Shown: positions 47,239-57,437, counted from the stretch's first letter. The stretch is DNA of 64,000 nucleotides from Armatimonadota bacterium (GCA_039811685.1 JBDHZC010000008.1:32001-96000), one strand, 5' to 3'. Notes: a model not told the origin generated them from the letters alone. Program-made: numbers and translations.

Positions 47239-48060
47239 TTGGATCTGTTCACTCTTAAAGGAAAGAACGCGGTGATTCTTGGTGGCGCTGGCGTTCTGGG
47301 GGCTGCGATGGCCCGCGGACTGGCTGAGGCGGGCGCTTCAGTCGCTATTGCCGGACGCGCGCACCAGAAAACCCTCACACTGGCTGAAAAGCTCACCAAA
47401 GCAGGATTGCAGGCGCGCGGTTATCAGGCGGACACTACGGACGAAGGGCGTCTTCGTGCAGTGCTGGATGAGATACTCAGTGATTTTGGACGAGTTGACG
47501 TTCTGGTTAATGCGGTCGGTGGCAATCAGCCGGGTGCGACAATCGGACCTGAAGCGAGCTTTTTTGACGCATCAGCGGAAGCCTTGCGCCAGGTTGTTGA
47601 CCTGAATGTCTTCGGCGGCGCTGTGCTGCCCTGTATGATTTTCGGCAAGGTCATGGCAGGTAACCTCGATGGCGGGTCAATCATCAACATCTCTTCCATG
47701 GCCTCGTACCGGCCCCTCACGCGCGTCGTCGGCTACGCCGCTTCCAAAGCGGCAGTGAACAACTTTACCCAATGGCTGGCAGTGGAGATGGCGACAAAAG
47801 GACATCCGGAGTTGCGTGTGAACGCAATTGCGCCAGGCTTCTTCCTGACCGAACAAAACCGGTTTCTTCTGACGGATGAGAAGACGGGCGAATTGACTGC
47901 GCGGGGCAGAACTATCCAGCAGCACACTCCGATGGGACGCTTCGGCGAGCCTGAGGAGTTAATTGGCGCAGCGGTCTGGCTGGCTTCTGAAGCTGCGCGC
48001 TTTGTAACTGGCATCGTCGTTCCGGTTGACGGCGGGTTCTCGGCGTTCAGCGGCGTCTGA
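47239..48060 (+). CDS. SDR oxidoreductase, D-mannonate oxidoreductase (UxuB)-like
   Basis: GGAGVLG, NAVGGN, SSMASYRPLTRVVGYAASK, RVNAIAPGFF.TEQNR, VDGGFSAFSGV. Confidence 0.85.
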   Translation: MDLFTLKGKNAVILGGAGVLGAAMARGLAEAGASVAIAGRAHQKTLTLAEKLTKAGLQARGYQADTTDEGRLRAVLDEILSDFGRVDVLVNAVGGNQPGATIGPEASFFDASAEALRQVVDLNVFGGAVLPCMIFGKVMAGNLDGGSIINISSMASYRPLTRVVGYAASKAAVNNFTQWLAVEMATKGHPELRVNAIAPGFFLTEQNRFLLTDEKTGELTARGRTIQQHTPMGRFGEPEELIGAAVWLASEAARFVTGIVVPVDGGFSAFSGV

Positions 48061-48098
48061 CGCCGGACGACAAGCTCTGGAGTACACAATAACGGACA

Positions 48099-49025
48099 AT
48101 GTCTGACACTACACTTCCTCTCAGAAATCTCAAGAAAGAACACGAGTATCTGGTGGCCATTGACTCTGACGGCTGCGCGTTTGACACAATGGAGATCAAG
48201 CACAAAGAGTGCTTTATTCCGAACTTCATCAACTACTGGGAGATGCAGGCTGTCTCCAAATTTGCCCGGCAGGCGTGGGAGTTTGTGAATCTGTACTCCA
48301 GGTGGCGCGGAGTGAACCGCTTTCCCGCACTCGTAAAGACTCTGGACTTTTTGTGCGAGCGCGAAGTCGTTCTGGAGCGCGGCGTACGGCGCCCGGAGAC
48401 AGCGCCACTGGAAAAATGGATTGAGACGGAGACGAAGCTCGGCAATCCTGCTCTGGAAAATGCTGTAGCACAGACCCGTGACCACGTTTTGATGAAGACG
48501 CTGGACTGGTCAAAAGCCGTCAATGAGTCCGTCGAGGAGATCGTGCGCGGTGTACCACCGTTTCCCTACACACGCAAGAGCCTGGAGAAGATTGCGGAGA
48601 AGGCGGACATCATTGTCTGCTCGGCTACTCCAGGAGAGGCGCTCATCCGTGAATGGGAAGAGCATCAGATACACGAGTATCCCAAAGTCATCGCGGGGCA
48701 GGAGATGGGTAACAAGAAGGAGATTCTTGAGCTGGCAATCCAGGGGCGATACGATCCGGACAATGTGATTATGATCGGTGACGCACCCGGGGACATGAAG
48801 GCGGGGCGCGCAAATGGCGTCCTCTTTTTCCCGGTGAACCCGAGCGCGGAAAATGAGAGCTGGAGGCGCTTCTACGAAGAAGCCTTTGAGCGCTTTCTGG
48901 ACGGGGAGTACGCCGGAGACTACGAAGCCAGTCTGGTGGCTGAGTTTGAGCGTTATCTGCCTGAGACGCCACCCTGGGAAACAGCGTCAGAGCCGGCGTG
49001 CGCTACTGGTGGCAACCGCGAATGA
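48099..49025 (+). CDS. HAD-superfamily hydrolase
   Basis: Motif I DSDGC, motif IV MIGDAPGD. Confidence 0.85.
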   Translation: MSDTTLPLRNLKKEHEYLVAIDSDGCAFDTMEIKHKECFIPNFINYWEMQAVSKFARQAWEFVNLYSRWRGVNRFPALVKTLDFLCEREVVLERGVRRPETAPLEKWIETETKLGNPALENAVAQTRDHVLMKTLDWSKAVNESVEEIVRGVPPFPYTRKSLEKIAEKADIIVCSATPGEALIREWEEHQIHEYPKVIAGQEMGNKKEILELAIQGRYDPDNVIMIGDAPGDMKAGRANGVLFFPVNPSAENESWRRFYEEAFERFLDGEYAGDYEASLVAEFERYLPETPPWETASEPACATGGNRE

Positions 49026-49058
49026 GCGGGGAGTTCAGGACAAAGTGGGCGTAAGGGC

Positions 49059-50315
49059 GTGTCCGACGTCATAGGACGAGGGAGCACTGAGAGTGTTCTG
49101 ACAACTCGGGACGTGGAACGCGTAATTGCGGATTCACTTGACGTAAACGTGCTCCGGGGCAAACGCGTGTTGATGATCATCCCGGACCACACCCGCACAG
49201 CGCCCGTTGACGTAATGTTCAAGGCCATCTATTCGCGCCTTGCTGAGTGTGTCGCCGCTCTGGATGTGATTGTAGCGCTGGGGACGCACCACGCTTTGAG
49301 TATGGAGCAGATATACCGGCGCGCCGGAATCACAGCCGACGAACACAGGCAGCTCTACACGAAGACGCAGTTTTTCAATCACGAGTGGGATAATCCCAAA
49401 GAGTTGACGAGTGTGGGCGCTCTTTCGGCTGAAGAGACGGCTGAGCTGACGGAGGGGCGGCTTTCGCGGTCCGTCGAAGTGCGCATTAACAGGAAGGCAC
49501 TGCAGTACGACCATCTGCTGATAGTAGGGCCGGTTTTTCCGCACGAGGTCGTCGGCTTTTCCGGCGGCAACAAATACCTCTTTCCGGGCATTGCTGGAGA
49601 AGAGATTCTCAACTTCTTCCACTGGCTCGGAGCCCTGATTACAAATCCGGCGGTGATCGGACACAAGTACACGCGCATCAGGGCCGTCGTTGACCGCGCA
49701 GCATCGCTGGTGAGAACGCCTAAAAGTTGCTTTGCGATGGTTGTCCAGGGGCACGGTCTGGCGGGACTTTACTACGGAACTCCTGAAGAAGCATGGTCAG
49801 CGGCGGCTGATCTCTCCGATAAGGTTCACATCTGCTACAAAGCTCACCCTTTCCATACCGTGCTCTCACAAGCCCCTGAGATGTACGACGACATCTGGGT
49901 TGGCGGCAAATGTATGTACAAGCTGGAGCCTGTGGTAGCTGAGGGTGGCACACTGATTATCTACGCCCCTCACATCACCGAGATATCACATACGCATGGA
50001 GATTTGATCCGGCAGGTTGGCTACCACACCCGCGACTATTTTGTAAAGCAGTGGGACCGCTTCAAGGACTATCCGTGGGGGGTTATCGCACACTCAACAC
50101 ATGTCAAAGGCATCGGCAGTTACGAAAATGGAGTTGAGAAACCGCGCGTGAATGTGGTGCTGGCGACAGGGATTCCGGAGGCAGTCTGCCGTCAGGTCAA
50201 TCTGGGCTATTTGGACCCCGCGTCTATTGCGACAGACGATTACCAGGGGCGCGAAGACGAAGGAATCCTCTATGTCCCAAGAGCCGGAGAGACTCTGTAC
50301 CGCCTGCGTCAGTAA
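49059..50315 (+). CDS. LarA-superfamily (nickel-pincer) 2-hydroxyacid racemase/epimerase
   Basis: PDHTR, ALGTH, PHEVVGFSGGNK, and a His 16 residues after that Lys, matching LarA catalytic and cofactor residues. Confidence 0.88.
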   Translation: MSDVIGRGSTESVLTTRDVERVIADSLDVNVLRGKRVLMIIPDHTRTAPVDVMFKAIYSRLAECVAALDVIVALGTHHALSMEQIYRRAGITADEHRQLYTKTQFFNHEWDNPKELTSVGALSAEETAELTEGRLSRSVEVRINRKALQYDHLLIVGPVFPHEVVGFSGGNKYLFPGIAGEEILNFFHWLGALITNPAVIGHKYTRIRAVVDRAASLVRTPKSCFAMVVQGHGLAGLYYGTPEEAWSAAADLSDKVHICYKAHPFHTVLSQAPEMYDDIWVGGKCMYKLEPVVAEGGTLIIYAPHITEISHTHGDLIRQVGYHTRDYFVKQWDRFKDYPWGVIAHSTHVKGIGSYENGVEKPRVNVVLATGIPEAVCRQVNLGYLDPASIATDDYQGREDEGILYVPRAGETLYRLRQ

Positions 50316-50472
50316 GGCTCTGAAGAGTGTGTGACGCGGTTACTTCGGCTCGCAGGCGCCCGGCAAGTCCAGCTTGGCGGGGACATTACCGGCAGCAATC
50401 ATCAGGACGTTTGTGCGACCTGGTGAGAAAGACCGAAGCATTTTACAGCACGAGATGAGTGGAGGAGTTGGC

Positions 50473-52242
50473 ATGCTACGTTGGTTTTTCGCAGTCTGGC
50501 TGTTGCTGGCATCGTTCGTTCGCATGTCACCCGTATATGGCGAATCCTATGACCGGAAAGGGCTATACGGCGTGGGCCATCCAGCAGGCGGCTATCTTCT
50601 TGGAAACCCTGCAGACTATGAAGACACGGTCTGGCGGCGCATCGCCGAAGCGGGTGCAACGAGCGTGCGAGTTGCGGCAAGCTGGCGGGAGATCGAGGCG
50701 CAGAAAGGGAAGTATGACTGGTCTGATCTGGAAAAGACGCTCAAGTACTTCAGGAAATATCCGCAACTGCGCCCCTACATTCTGGTTGTGAATACTCCCG
50801 GGTGGGCGCGAGCTGATGGCAAACCTTCTCACCTGCCCCCGACTCCTGCCGCACTGCCAGAGTGGAAAGCGTTCAACAGGGAGCTGGCGCGCAAGTATCG
50901 CGGATTTATCTCTCACTTCGAAGTCTGGAACGAACAGAACGGCTTTGGCTGGGAGGTGCCGCCTTACAACCAGGTGGACAAATATCTCCCCGTTCTTGAA
51001 GCTGCTTACGACGGGCTGAAAGAGGGCAATCCTGAGTGCATGGTGAGCCTCGGCGGGCTGGATGACGCAGCAGGGAACTCGCCTATCTTTACAAAAGGCT
51101 GCTACGACCTTCGGCTGAAAGACTACGGCAACAGGGTGATGTGGGACGCATTCGGTGATCATCCGTACGGAGATGTCCCCTCCACGATGAGCAAACTGCG
51201 TCTGATCAAAGGCATTGCCGCAGGGTATGGCGACGGTCCGATTGAGATGTGGCTGACGGAGTACGGGTTCAACACGCGGGATATGTCACTGAAGGAACAG
51301 GCGAAGCAGCTTACAGAGTACATGACTCTGTTGATCACCGACCCTGAGTTCCGCTATGTGACAGAGACAAACTACCTTTGTGTGGCGGATTTTGAAGCCG
51401 GTAATCGCAGCTTCGGGCTGTGCGACGTGAACCTGCGGCCTCGCCCGGCCTTTTATGCCTATCAGCGGCTGCCACGGCCGGGGCAGATCGTCATTTCTGA
51501 TATCAAGGCTGAGCCGCTGTCGGCAAATCGTGTGGCGATTATCTGGCAGACGGACGGCGCAGCTACCGGCACAGTAGAATTAGACGGTAAACCGGCTGCA
51601 CGAACTTCCAAAGACACCCGACACCGAGCCGTCATTGAGGGGCTGCAGCCGGGATCACGGCACGCCTTTCGAATTCGCTGCAATGCGCCGGGATATCCCG
51701 AAGCAGCAACTCTGGAGTATCCGATTCGCGCCCTTGCTGCGAGCGGACTGCTGAACGGCGGGTTTGAAGAAGGATTTGATGTTGGGATAGCTGGCGGATG
51801 GCGCTGTATCGGAGAGAACCACTGCTGGGACAGCGCGCGGCTCGAAGAAAAACTGAGGCGCGCTCACTCTGGCAAATCCGCTCAGGCTATTGTCGCCCAT
51901 GGACAGTGGAACGTCAGGCTGGATGATGCAGTGGCCGCGCAGGCGGCAGTCCAACCGGGCAGTGAGATCTCTTTTAGCGTCTGGACACGCGCCGACAGTG
52001 AAGCGAAAGACACCTCCGTTATCCGGCGAGTGGGAATAGACCCGACAGGCGGGCAGGATCCGGAGTCTGGGAATGTCGTCTGGAGCGAGCCCAGCTCCGA
52101 GATGGGTATCTGGCAGCGGCAGACTGTGACTGTTCAGACGAAAGGAAGCATTGCCACTGTTTTTGCCGCTGCAAACTCAGAGCAGTCCGGAAAGGCGCGC
52201 AACGTATTCTACGTGGACGACGCCACTCTGAGATCCAGGTAA
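50473..52242 (+). CDS. Secreted clan GH-A glycoside hydrolase (GH39/GH5-like) with FN3 and CBM-like domains
   Basis: GGAGGAG RBS, signal peptide, EVWNEQN acid/base, WLTEYG nucleophile, HRAVIEGLQPG, LLNGGFEE..FYVDD. Confidence 0.82.
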   Translation: MLRWFFAVWLLLASFVRMSPVYGESYDRKGLYGVGHPAGGYLLGNPADYEDTVWRRIAEAGATSVRVAASWREIEAQKGKYDWSDLEKTLKYFRKYPQLRPYILVVNTPGWARADGKPSHLPPTPAALPEWKAFNRELARKYRGFISHFEVWNEQNGFGWEVPPYNQVDKYLPVLEAAYDGLKEGNPECMVSLGGLDDAAGNSPIFTKGCYDLRLKDYGNRVMWDAFGDHPYGDVPSTMSKLRLIKGIAAGYGDGPIEMWLTEYGFNTRDMSLKEQAKQLTEYMTLLITDPEFRYVTETNYLCVADFEAGNRSFGLCDVNLRPRPAFYAYQRLPRPGQIVISDIKAEPLSANRVAIIWQTDGAATGTVELDGKPAARTSKDTRHRAVIEGLQPGSRHAFRIRCNAPGYPEAATLEYPIRALAASGLLNGGFEEGFDVGIAGGWRCIGENHCWDSARLEEKLRRAHSGKSAQAIVAHGQWNVRLDDAVAAQAAVQPGSEISFSVWTRADSEAKDTSVIRRVGIDPTGGQDPESGNVVWSEPSSEMGIWQRQTVTVQTKGSIATVFAAANSEQSGKARNVFYVDDATLRSR

Positions 52243-52309
52243 GCTGCGCTGTTTTTCGACTTTGACGCGTTGTAGGGCCGGCGTGAAGGACGATATGGGG
52301 TGAGTGAAC

Positions 52310-54685
52310 TTAGCACTCACCTGGCGCTGAGAGCATCTTGCGAGCCGATTCAATCTGCGCCGGAGTGCCCATGACAATCAACTCATCGCCTTCCCGTAGC
52401 TCCATGGATGGGCTGGGATTGGCGTGGAGGTCTTCGCCCGGGCGCTTGACAGCCAACAAAGTCACCTCACACGCCTCCCACAGGTTCAGATCGCGCAGCG
52501 TCTTCCCCGCGCACGTTGAAGGTCCCGCGACGGTAATCTTGGCCATCTCCGTCTCGAGCCCATCGCTGTGCACAACCAGGTCCAGAAAATCCATTACTTC
52601 AGGGCGGATAACCGCCGCCGCAAGCCGCCGTCCACCCAGAATGTACGGAGAGGTGACCATATCCGCCCCGGCGTGCCGCAGCTTGTCTTCGTTCTCTTTC
52701 AGAATAGAGCGCGCTTCTATGAACAGATTCCTGTTGAGTCCGCGCGCAGTCAGGACGATGAAGACATTCTCTTCGTCGGAGGCTGCCACTGCGATTAGCC
52801 CCTTTGCCCGCTCTATCCCGGCCCGGCGCAAAGTCTCGTCATCTGTCGCCGGACCCTCAATGCGCAGGACATTGCCGTCCCGCAACTTTGGAAGCTGTTC
52901 AGGATTGTCCTCAACTACAACGCACTCGACTCCGTTTGCGGTCAGGTCTTTGACAATCTGCTGTCCCATTCGTCCGTAGCCGCAGATGACATAGTGGTCA
53001 CGCAGCGCCTCAATCTGTCTGTCCATAGTTCGCCTCGCTATAGCCTCTTCTTTGTCCATGATAAGGTCGGCCGCCTGAACCGCGGCATCGGCATACGGGT
53101 CAAGAAGCAGGTCTGTGTCTTCATTAACCACTGCCTCCTCACCATTTAGATCGGGCGTTGCGACAGCCGCAAGCCCCGTGAACCCCGTGCTGCGAATACC
53201 CTTGAGAAGATTAGCGTTCTGATCCGCGTCTCGCAGTGAGCTGACCACCCACCGGACGTGGTCCAGATGCAGCGCTCGCGCGAACTCCTGATCTGTCGCA
53301 TCACCGTACACCGCATCCCCCCCCCGCTGGCGCCAGGCCACGACCGCCTGCGGGTCGAAGTCCACACCCAGTACCCGCTTACCTCGCGCTTCCAGCTCTG
53401 CAGCGATACCGCTCCCGTACCGTCCTATTCCGAAGATAACCGTATCGACGCTATCCAAAAGCCGGGTGGCGTCACTGCCCGCGTCTTCGCGGCTGGGCAC
53501 ACGGCGCTCAAAGACATTCAGATAGCCGGATAGCTTCTCATAGATGCAGTGCGCATTGGAGATCATGTACGTGGAGATGGTGATGGTCACAAGCAGCGAC
53601 ATTGTGACGACACCCTCCGCGTCCTTCCCAACGAGCCCCAGCTTTGCGCACAGCGCTATGAGAATCAGGGAGAACTCACTCACCTGCCCAACAGTGATGC
53701 CAGTCAGCAGGCTTGTGCGCTTGCGGTATCCCAGAGCCCCCGTAATCGCCATCACAATCAGCGGGTTGCCAATCAGAACGAACAGCGACAACGGAATCGC
53801 CGGTACGATTTGCGTTCTCAGCAGTCCAATATCAAGCCTGCTGCCAAGCTCCAGGAAGAAGAAAACGAGCAGAAAGTCTCGCAGGCTACTCAGACGCGCA
53901 CCTATAGCCTCGCGATAGGGCGTAGAGGCAAGGGATACCCCTGCAAGAAACGCGCCGATCTCCCGGCTGAACCCGAGCAGCCCAGATGCGGTCGAAAGGC
54001 TAAATGCCCACATAATGCTTGAGAGCACCAGGAGCTCAGGAGTCTTTGCCAGCGTAGGCATCAAGCGCGGCAGCGCCAGAGAAGTCAAAAGCCACACACC
54101 CGCGAGCAGGCCGAAACCCTTGACAAGCACCAGTGCGGTCTGAGTGGCCGGATTGACGTCTTTGCCAGAGAAAGCGGAGATCAGAATCATCGCCAGAATG
54201 ACAACGACGTCCTGCACAATGAGAATACCCAGTGAAAGTCTGCCGTGCAGGGAGTTTGCCTCACCCTTGTCCGACAGCATTTTGACCACGATGATCGTGC
54301 TGGAGAAAGTCAGCGAAACGGCAACGTAGATAGCCGTTTGTAAGGGCATCCCGACAGCCAGCGCCACAGGTATCCCCAGGATCGCCGTCGCCAACACCTG
54401 CCCAGCGCCGGTCGCAAGCGCGACACTACCCATGCTGCGCAGCATGCTGACGTCCAGTTTCAGCCCAACAATGAACAGCAGCAGCGCCAGCCCCATCTCG
54501 GCCAACGTGTGAATGTGGGTGACAGATCGGATCCAGCCTAGTCCGGAAGGTCCCGCGAGGATTCCGACCGCTATGAACGCGACGATCAGCGGCTGGCGCA
54601 GGCGCACCGCCGCAACAGCCACGATTGTCGTGACAAACAGCACGGCCGCCAGTTCATCGAATATGTCCGCAAAAGGAAGCGCCAT
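52310..54685 (-). CDS. CPA2/Kef-type cation:proton antiporter fused to two RCK_N and one RCK_C domains
   Basis: About 12 TM, FSSTIIVVK, ILIVQD, QVSEFS; GIGRYG and GYGRMG Rossmann motifs; C-terminal TrkA_C. Confidence 0.9.
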   Translation of the reverse strand: MALPFADIFDELAAVLFVTTIVAVAAVRLRQPLIVAFIAVGILAGPSGLGWIRSVTHIHTLAEMGLALLLFIVGLKLDVSMLRSMGSVALATGAGQVLATAILGIPVALAVGMPLQTAIYVAVSLTFSSTIIVVKMLSDKGEANSLHGRLSLGILIVQDVVVILAMILISAFSGKDVNPATQTALVLVKGFGLLAGVWLLTSLALPRLMPTLAKTPELLVLSSIMWAFSLSTASGLLGFSREIGAFLAGVSLASTPYREAIGARLSSLRDFLLVFFFLELGSRLDIGLLRTQIVPAIPLSLFVLIGNPLIVMAITGALGYRKRTSLLTGITVGQVSEFSLILIALCAKLGLVGKDAEGVVTMSLLVTITISTYMISNAHCIYEKLSGYLNVFERRVPSREDAGSDATRLLDSVDTVIFGIGRYGSGIAAELEARGKRVLGVDFDPQAVVAWRQRGGDAVYGDATDQEFARALHLDHVRWVVSSLRDADQNANLLKGIRSTGFTGLAAVATPDLNGEEAVVNEDTDLLLDPYADAAVQAADLIMDKEEAIARRTMDRQIEALRDHYVICGYGRMGQQIVKDLTANGVECVVVEDNPEQLPKLRDGNVLRIEGPATDDETLRRAGIERAKGLIAVAASDEENVFIVLTARGLNRNLFIEARSILKENEDKLRHAGADMVTSPYILGGRRLAAAVIRPEVMDFLDLVVHSDGLETEMAKITVAGPSTCAGKTLRDLNLWEACEVTLLAVKRPGEDLHANPSPSMELREGDELIVMGTPAQIESARKMLSAPGEC

Positions 54686-54813
54686 AGATAGAAGGTCTGA
54701 AGACTGTTCCAATCCTTCCGCCTGGCCTGGCATCGACCAGTGGTGCGCAGGATTGGCAACTTGTGCCTTATTATGGCTGCGGAATCATCCGGGCGGCAGC
54801 ACTCCGAGCGTAT

Positions 54814-56340
54814 TTAGCGCAACATCAATCGAGCCGCCTGCCAAATTCCGCCGGCTCCGCCCGGGTTGAAGACGCGAACGGCCAGCACATTTGTCTGTCC
54901 CGGCTTTAGCCAGTCAGTAACGTCAACGGACCACGGCTGATTAGCGCCACCTTCGTCGAAGAAATGCCCGCGCAGATACCGTCCGTTCAGCCACGCCCAC
55001 CCCACTTCATCAGCAGCGCCTAGAATGAGATAAACCTTCTGGCTTTCCTTTACTGTGGGCGCCTTGAAAGACAGACGGTACCAGGCGGCGCCCGAGTATT
55101 GACGGTCAATCTGGTGATCCCACGCGCTGTCTACGCGGATTTTCTGCCAGGCGGAGTCGTCATAGTCAGGCTGCTGCCACTTCTGGTTCTCACCCTGCAG
55201 CTTCTCGTCCGTCTGAAAGAGCCATCCATCTCGCGGAAGCTCAATGAGTTGAGGAGGGTTGGGATCACCGGATCCGGGCCCTTTTTTCGCCAGAGCCAGA
55301 GCCTGCACGTAAGGGTCAGGTGTGTTGAAGTCCCACCAGCGCAGACGCTCCGAGTAAACCCACACGTAGCGATCGCTCGCCTCCAGCGCATACGCCAGCG
55401 AAGCCCGAAAACCAGCAGGCGTAAACCAGTTTTTCTGAAAATCGCAGCAGTTCCAGCCAATGGCAAAATCCGCCCAGAGTGCAAACCCTGCGCGAATATG
55501 CTTGTCGAAGGCGTCTTTGTTGGTTGTAATCTCACGGGAGAGACCGAGAATGTGCCTGCGCCCCGCCTGAAACTGCTCGCGTGTAAGAAACGGGTAGGAC
55601 TGCTCAAATCCATCCACGAGGACGGTCTTGGGTGTTGCGGCCTCAGCCATACCGTCAAAGAAGGCAAAGAGCAGGCCGTAGCGATCTTGCGTAATGTCCA
55701 GATGTCCTGAGGAGATTGCCGGGCCCACCAGACACAACATCGTCAGGTCAGGATACTCGGCGTTAATGGCGGTTATGAACTCGCGCCCGCGCCGTTTGAC
55801 CTGCTCAACGTACTGTTCCCAGGTGCGCTTTTCCGGGTCTTTCTTGACGAGATTTGCATAGCTCCAGAGATTGCCGCCATAGTCCTCCGGATCGAACATA
55901 AGCCCCTTACAACCACCCTGCCTTGCCACCCGTGCAAGGAGCGCCGCGTTGGCGCAAACCGTCTTCCAGCTCGGCCCCCACCAGCCGCCTTCAGGGTTGT
56001 CCACAATCATCTGGATGAAGTTGTCGGAGAAGCGTTTGAACGTCGTCGCTTTCAGATCCGCAACCGCATGCTCTATCTCAGCAGGCTCGATGGGAGTCTT
56101 GTTGAAAACGCGCCAGCCCAGCGACTGAGCGTTTTCGCTGGAGTCTGGTTTGGGCAGAATCTTGATTACTACACCGTCAAAAGGGATGCGCTCCATCTGG
56201 CGTATATTCTCGCGCACAAAGCGCGTGCTCGGGACATCCCAACCATATTCAATCAGCTTCTTTGAGGAGGAGCTGGCAATTATCTGGCCGGAGAAAAGCG
56301 AAAAAACAAGACTAAGTACGATGGTTCGGTGAGGTCTCAC
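54814..56340 (-). CDS. Secreted hypothetical barrel protein with C-terminal GH2-type sugar-binding domain
   Basis: GTG 56340 with AAGGAG RBS, signal peptide; PFDGVV, GLMFDPEDY; YSGAAWYR..GAADE..WLNG..NVLAVRV..GGIW. Confidence 0.75.
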   Translation of the reverse strand: MRPHRTIVLSLVFSLFSGQIIASSSSKKLIEYGWDVPSTRFVRENIRQMERIPFDGVVIKILPKPDSSENAQSLGWRVFNKTPIEPAEIEHAVADLKATTFKRFSDNFIQMIVDNPEGGWWGPSWKTVCANAALLARVARQGGCKGLMFDPEDYGGNLWSYANLVKKDPEKRTWEQYVEQVKRRGREFITAINAEYPDLTMLCLVGPAISSGHLDITQDRYGLLFAFFDGMAEAATPKTVLVDGFEQSYPFLTREQFQAGRRHILGLSREITTNKDAFDKHIRAGFALWADFAIGWNCCDFQKNWFTPAGFRASLAYALEASDRYVWVYSERLRWWDFNTPDPYVQALALAKKGPGSGDPNPPQLIELPRDGWLFQTDEKLQGENQKWQQPDYDDSAWQKIRVDSAWDHQIDRQYSGAAWYRLSFKAPTVKESQKVYLILGAADEVGWAWLNGRYLRGHFFDEGGANQPWSVDVTDWLKPGQTNVLAVRVFNPGGAGGIWQAARLMLR

Positions 56341-56371
56341 TGCACAGACTCCTTTCAAAAAAAGCGGCGCC

Positions 56372-56380
56372 ATTATATCA
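56372..56380 (-). promoter_or_regulatory. Extended -10 promoter TGaTATAAT
   Basis: Perfect TGnTATAAT about 32 nt upstream of GTG 56340. Confidence 0.55.
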
Positions 56381-56418
56381 GGAAAACTGGACGGATACAG
56401 GTAACACTGGAGAATACG

Positions 56419-56430
56419 TAAAACGTTTCA
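56419..56430. promoter_or_regulatory. LacI-family-like operator candidate
   Basis: TAAAACGTTTCA with an AAACGTTT palindromic core in a divergent promoter region. Confidence 0.4.
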
Positions 56431-56460
56431 GCAGTTTGGCATAAAGAGAGGAAATCAGCA

Positions 56461-57423
56461 TTGTTAAAGCTAGGTCTTATCGGGTGCGGACAGCTTGGAA
56501 AGATCCACGCCAACTGTGTCGCACAGATTGAAGGGGCGCGCTTCTCCGGGTACGCAGACATCGCAAGGGAAGCGTCAGAGGCAATGCTGGCGCAGTTCGG
56601 CGGCGACTACGCAACTGAGGATGTCTCTCGCGTGATGAATGATCCCTACATTGACGCGGTGTATATCTGCACACGCCACGACTCGCACGCACCGCTCGCT
56701 ATCGCTGCGGCGCAGGCCGGGAAGCACATCCTCATTGAAAAGCCGCTGGCCTTGACCATGGAAGAGTGCGAAGCAGTGGAAGAGGCGGTCAGGAAGGCCG
56801 GAGTCTTTCTGATGCCTGCGTTCAAGCTGCGCTACTATCCTCTGATCCGCAAGGCGCACGAGTTCATCCCGGAACCTCTGGTGACCGTGGGGCAAGTTAT
56901 GGATGAGCGCTGGGGTGACGACGCGTGGGCACAGGACCCGCTGCAGGGCGGTGCAAACGTCCACAGCCAGGGAGTGCACACGACGGATATTCTGCGTTTT
57001 CTTGTGGGCAGTGAGCCTAAGAGACTCTGGGCCACAGGCGGCACGCTGACGCATCCGGGACACCCCTGTATTGATCAGTGCGTCGCTTCCATTGAGTTTG
57101 AAAACGGCCGTGTGGCGTCCTGGATTCAGGGCGATGCTGGCATGCCGCCCTACCCGGGCAAGTTCTTCTTTGAGCTCTTCGGGCGCGGTAGAACTGTACA
57201 GCTCCACGACCGTGTCCGCAGCGCTACATTCTCAGAGGGCGCAAAGACCTGGACGGAGGAAAGACCGGAAGAAGAAGGATTTCTGCTGGAGAACCGGGAG
57301 TTTATTTCTGCACTGACACACGGCCGGGAACCCGAGCTGACCGTGCAGGATGGAATTCAGGCCACAAAAATCGTTCTCGCTGCAGACAAATCCATTCGCA
57401 CAGGTGATATCCAGTATTTATAG
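56461..57423 (+). CDS. Gfo/Idh/MocA oxidoreductase
   Basis: IGCGQLG, HILIEKP. Confidence 0.9.
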   Translation: MLKLGLIGCGQLGKIHANCVAQIEGARFSGYADIAREASEAMLAQFGGDYATEDVSRVMNDPYIDAVYICTRHDSHAPLAIAAAQAGKHILIEKPLALTMEECEAVEEAVRKAGVFLMPAFKLRYYPLIRKAHEFIPEPLVTVGQVMDERWGDDAWAQDPLQGGANVHSQGVHTTDILRFLVGSEPKRLWATGGTLTHPGHPCIDQCVASIEFENGRVASWIQGDAGMPPYPGKFFFELFGRGRTVQLHDRVRSATFSEGAKTWTEERPEEEGFLLENREFISALTHGREPELTVQDGIQATKIVLAADKSIRTGDIQYL

Positions 57424-57437
57424 GATAAAATCTGCTT

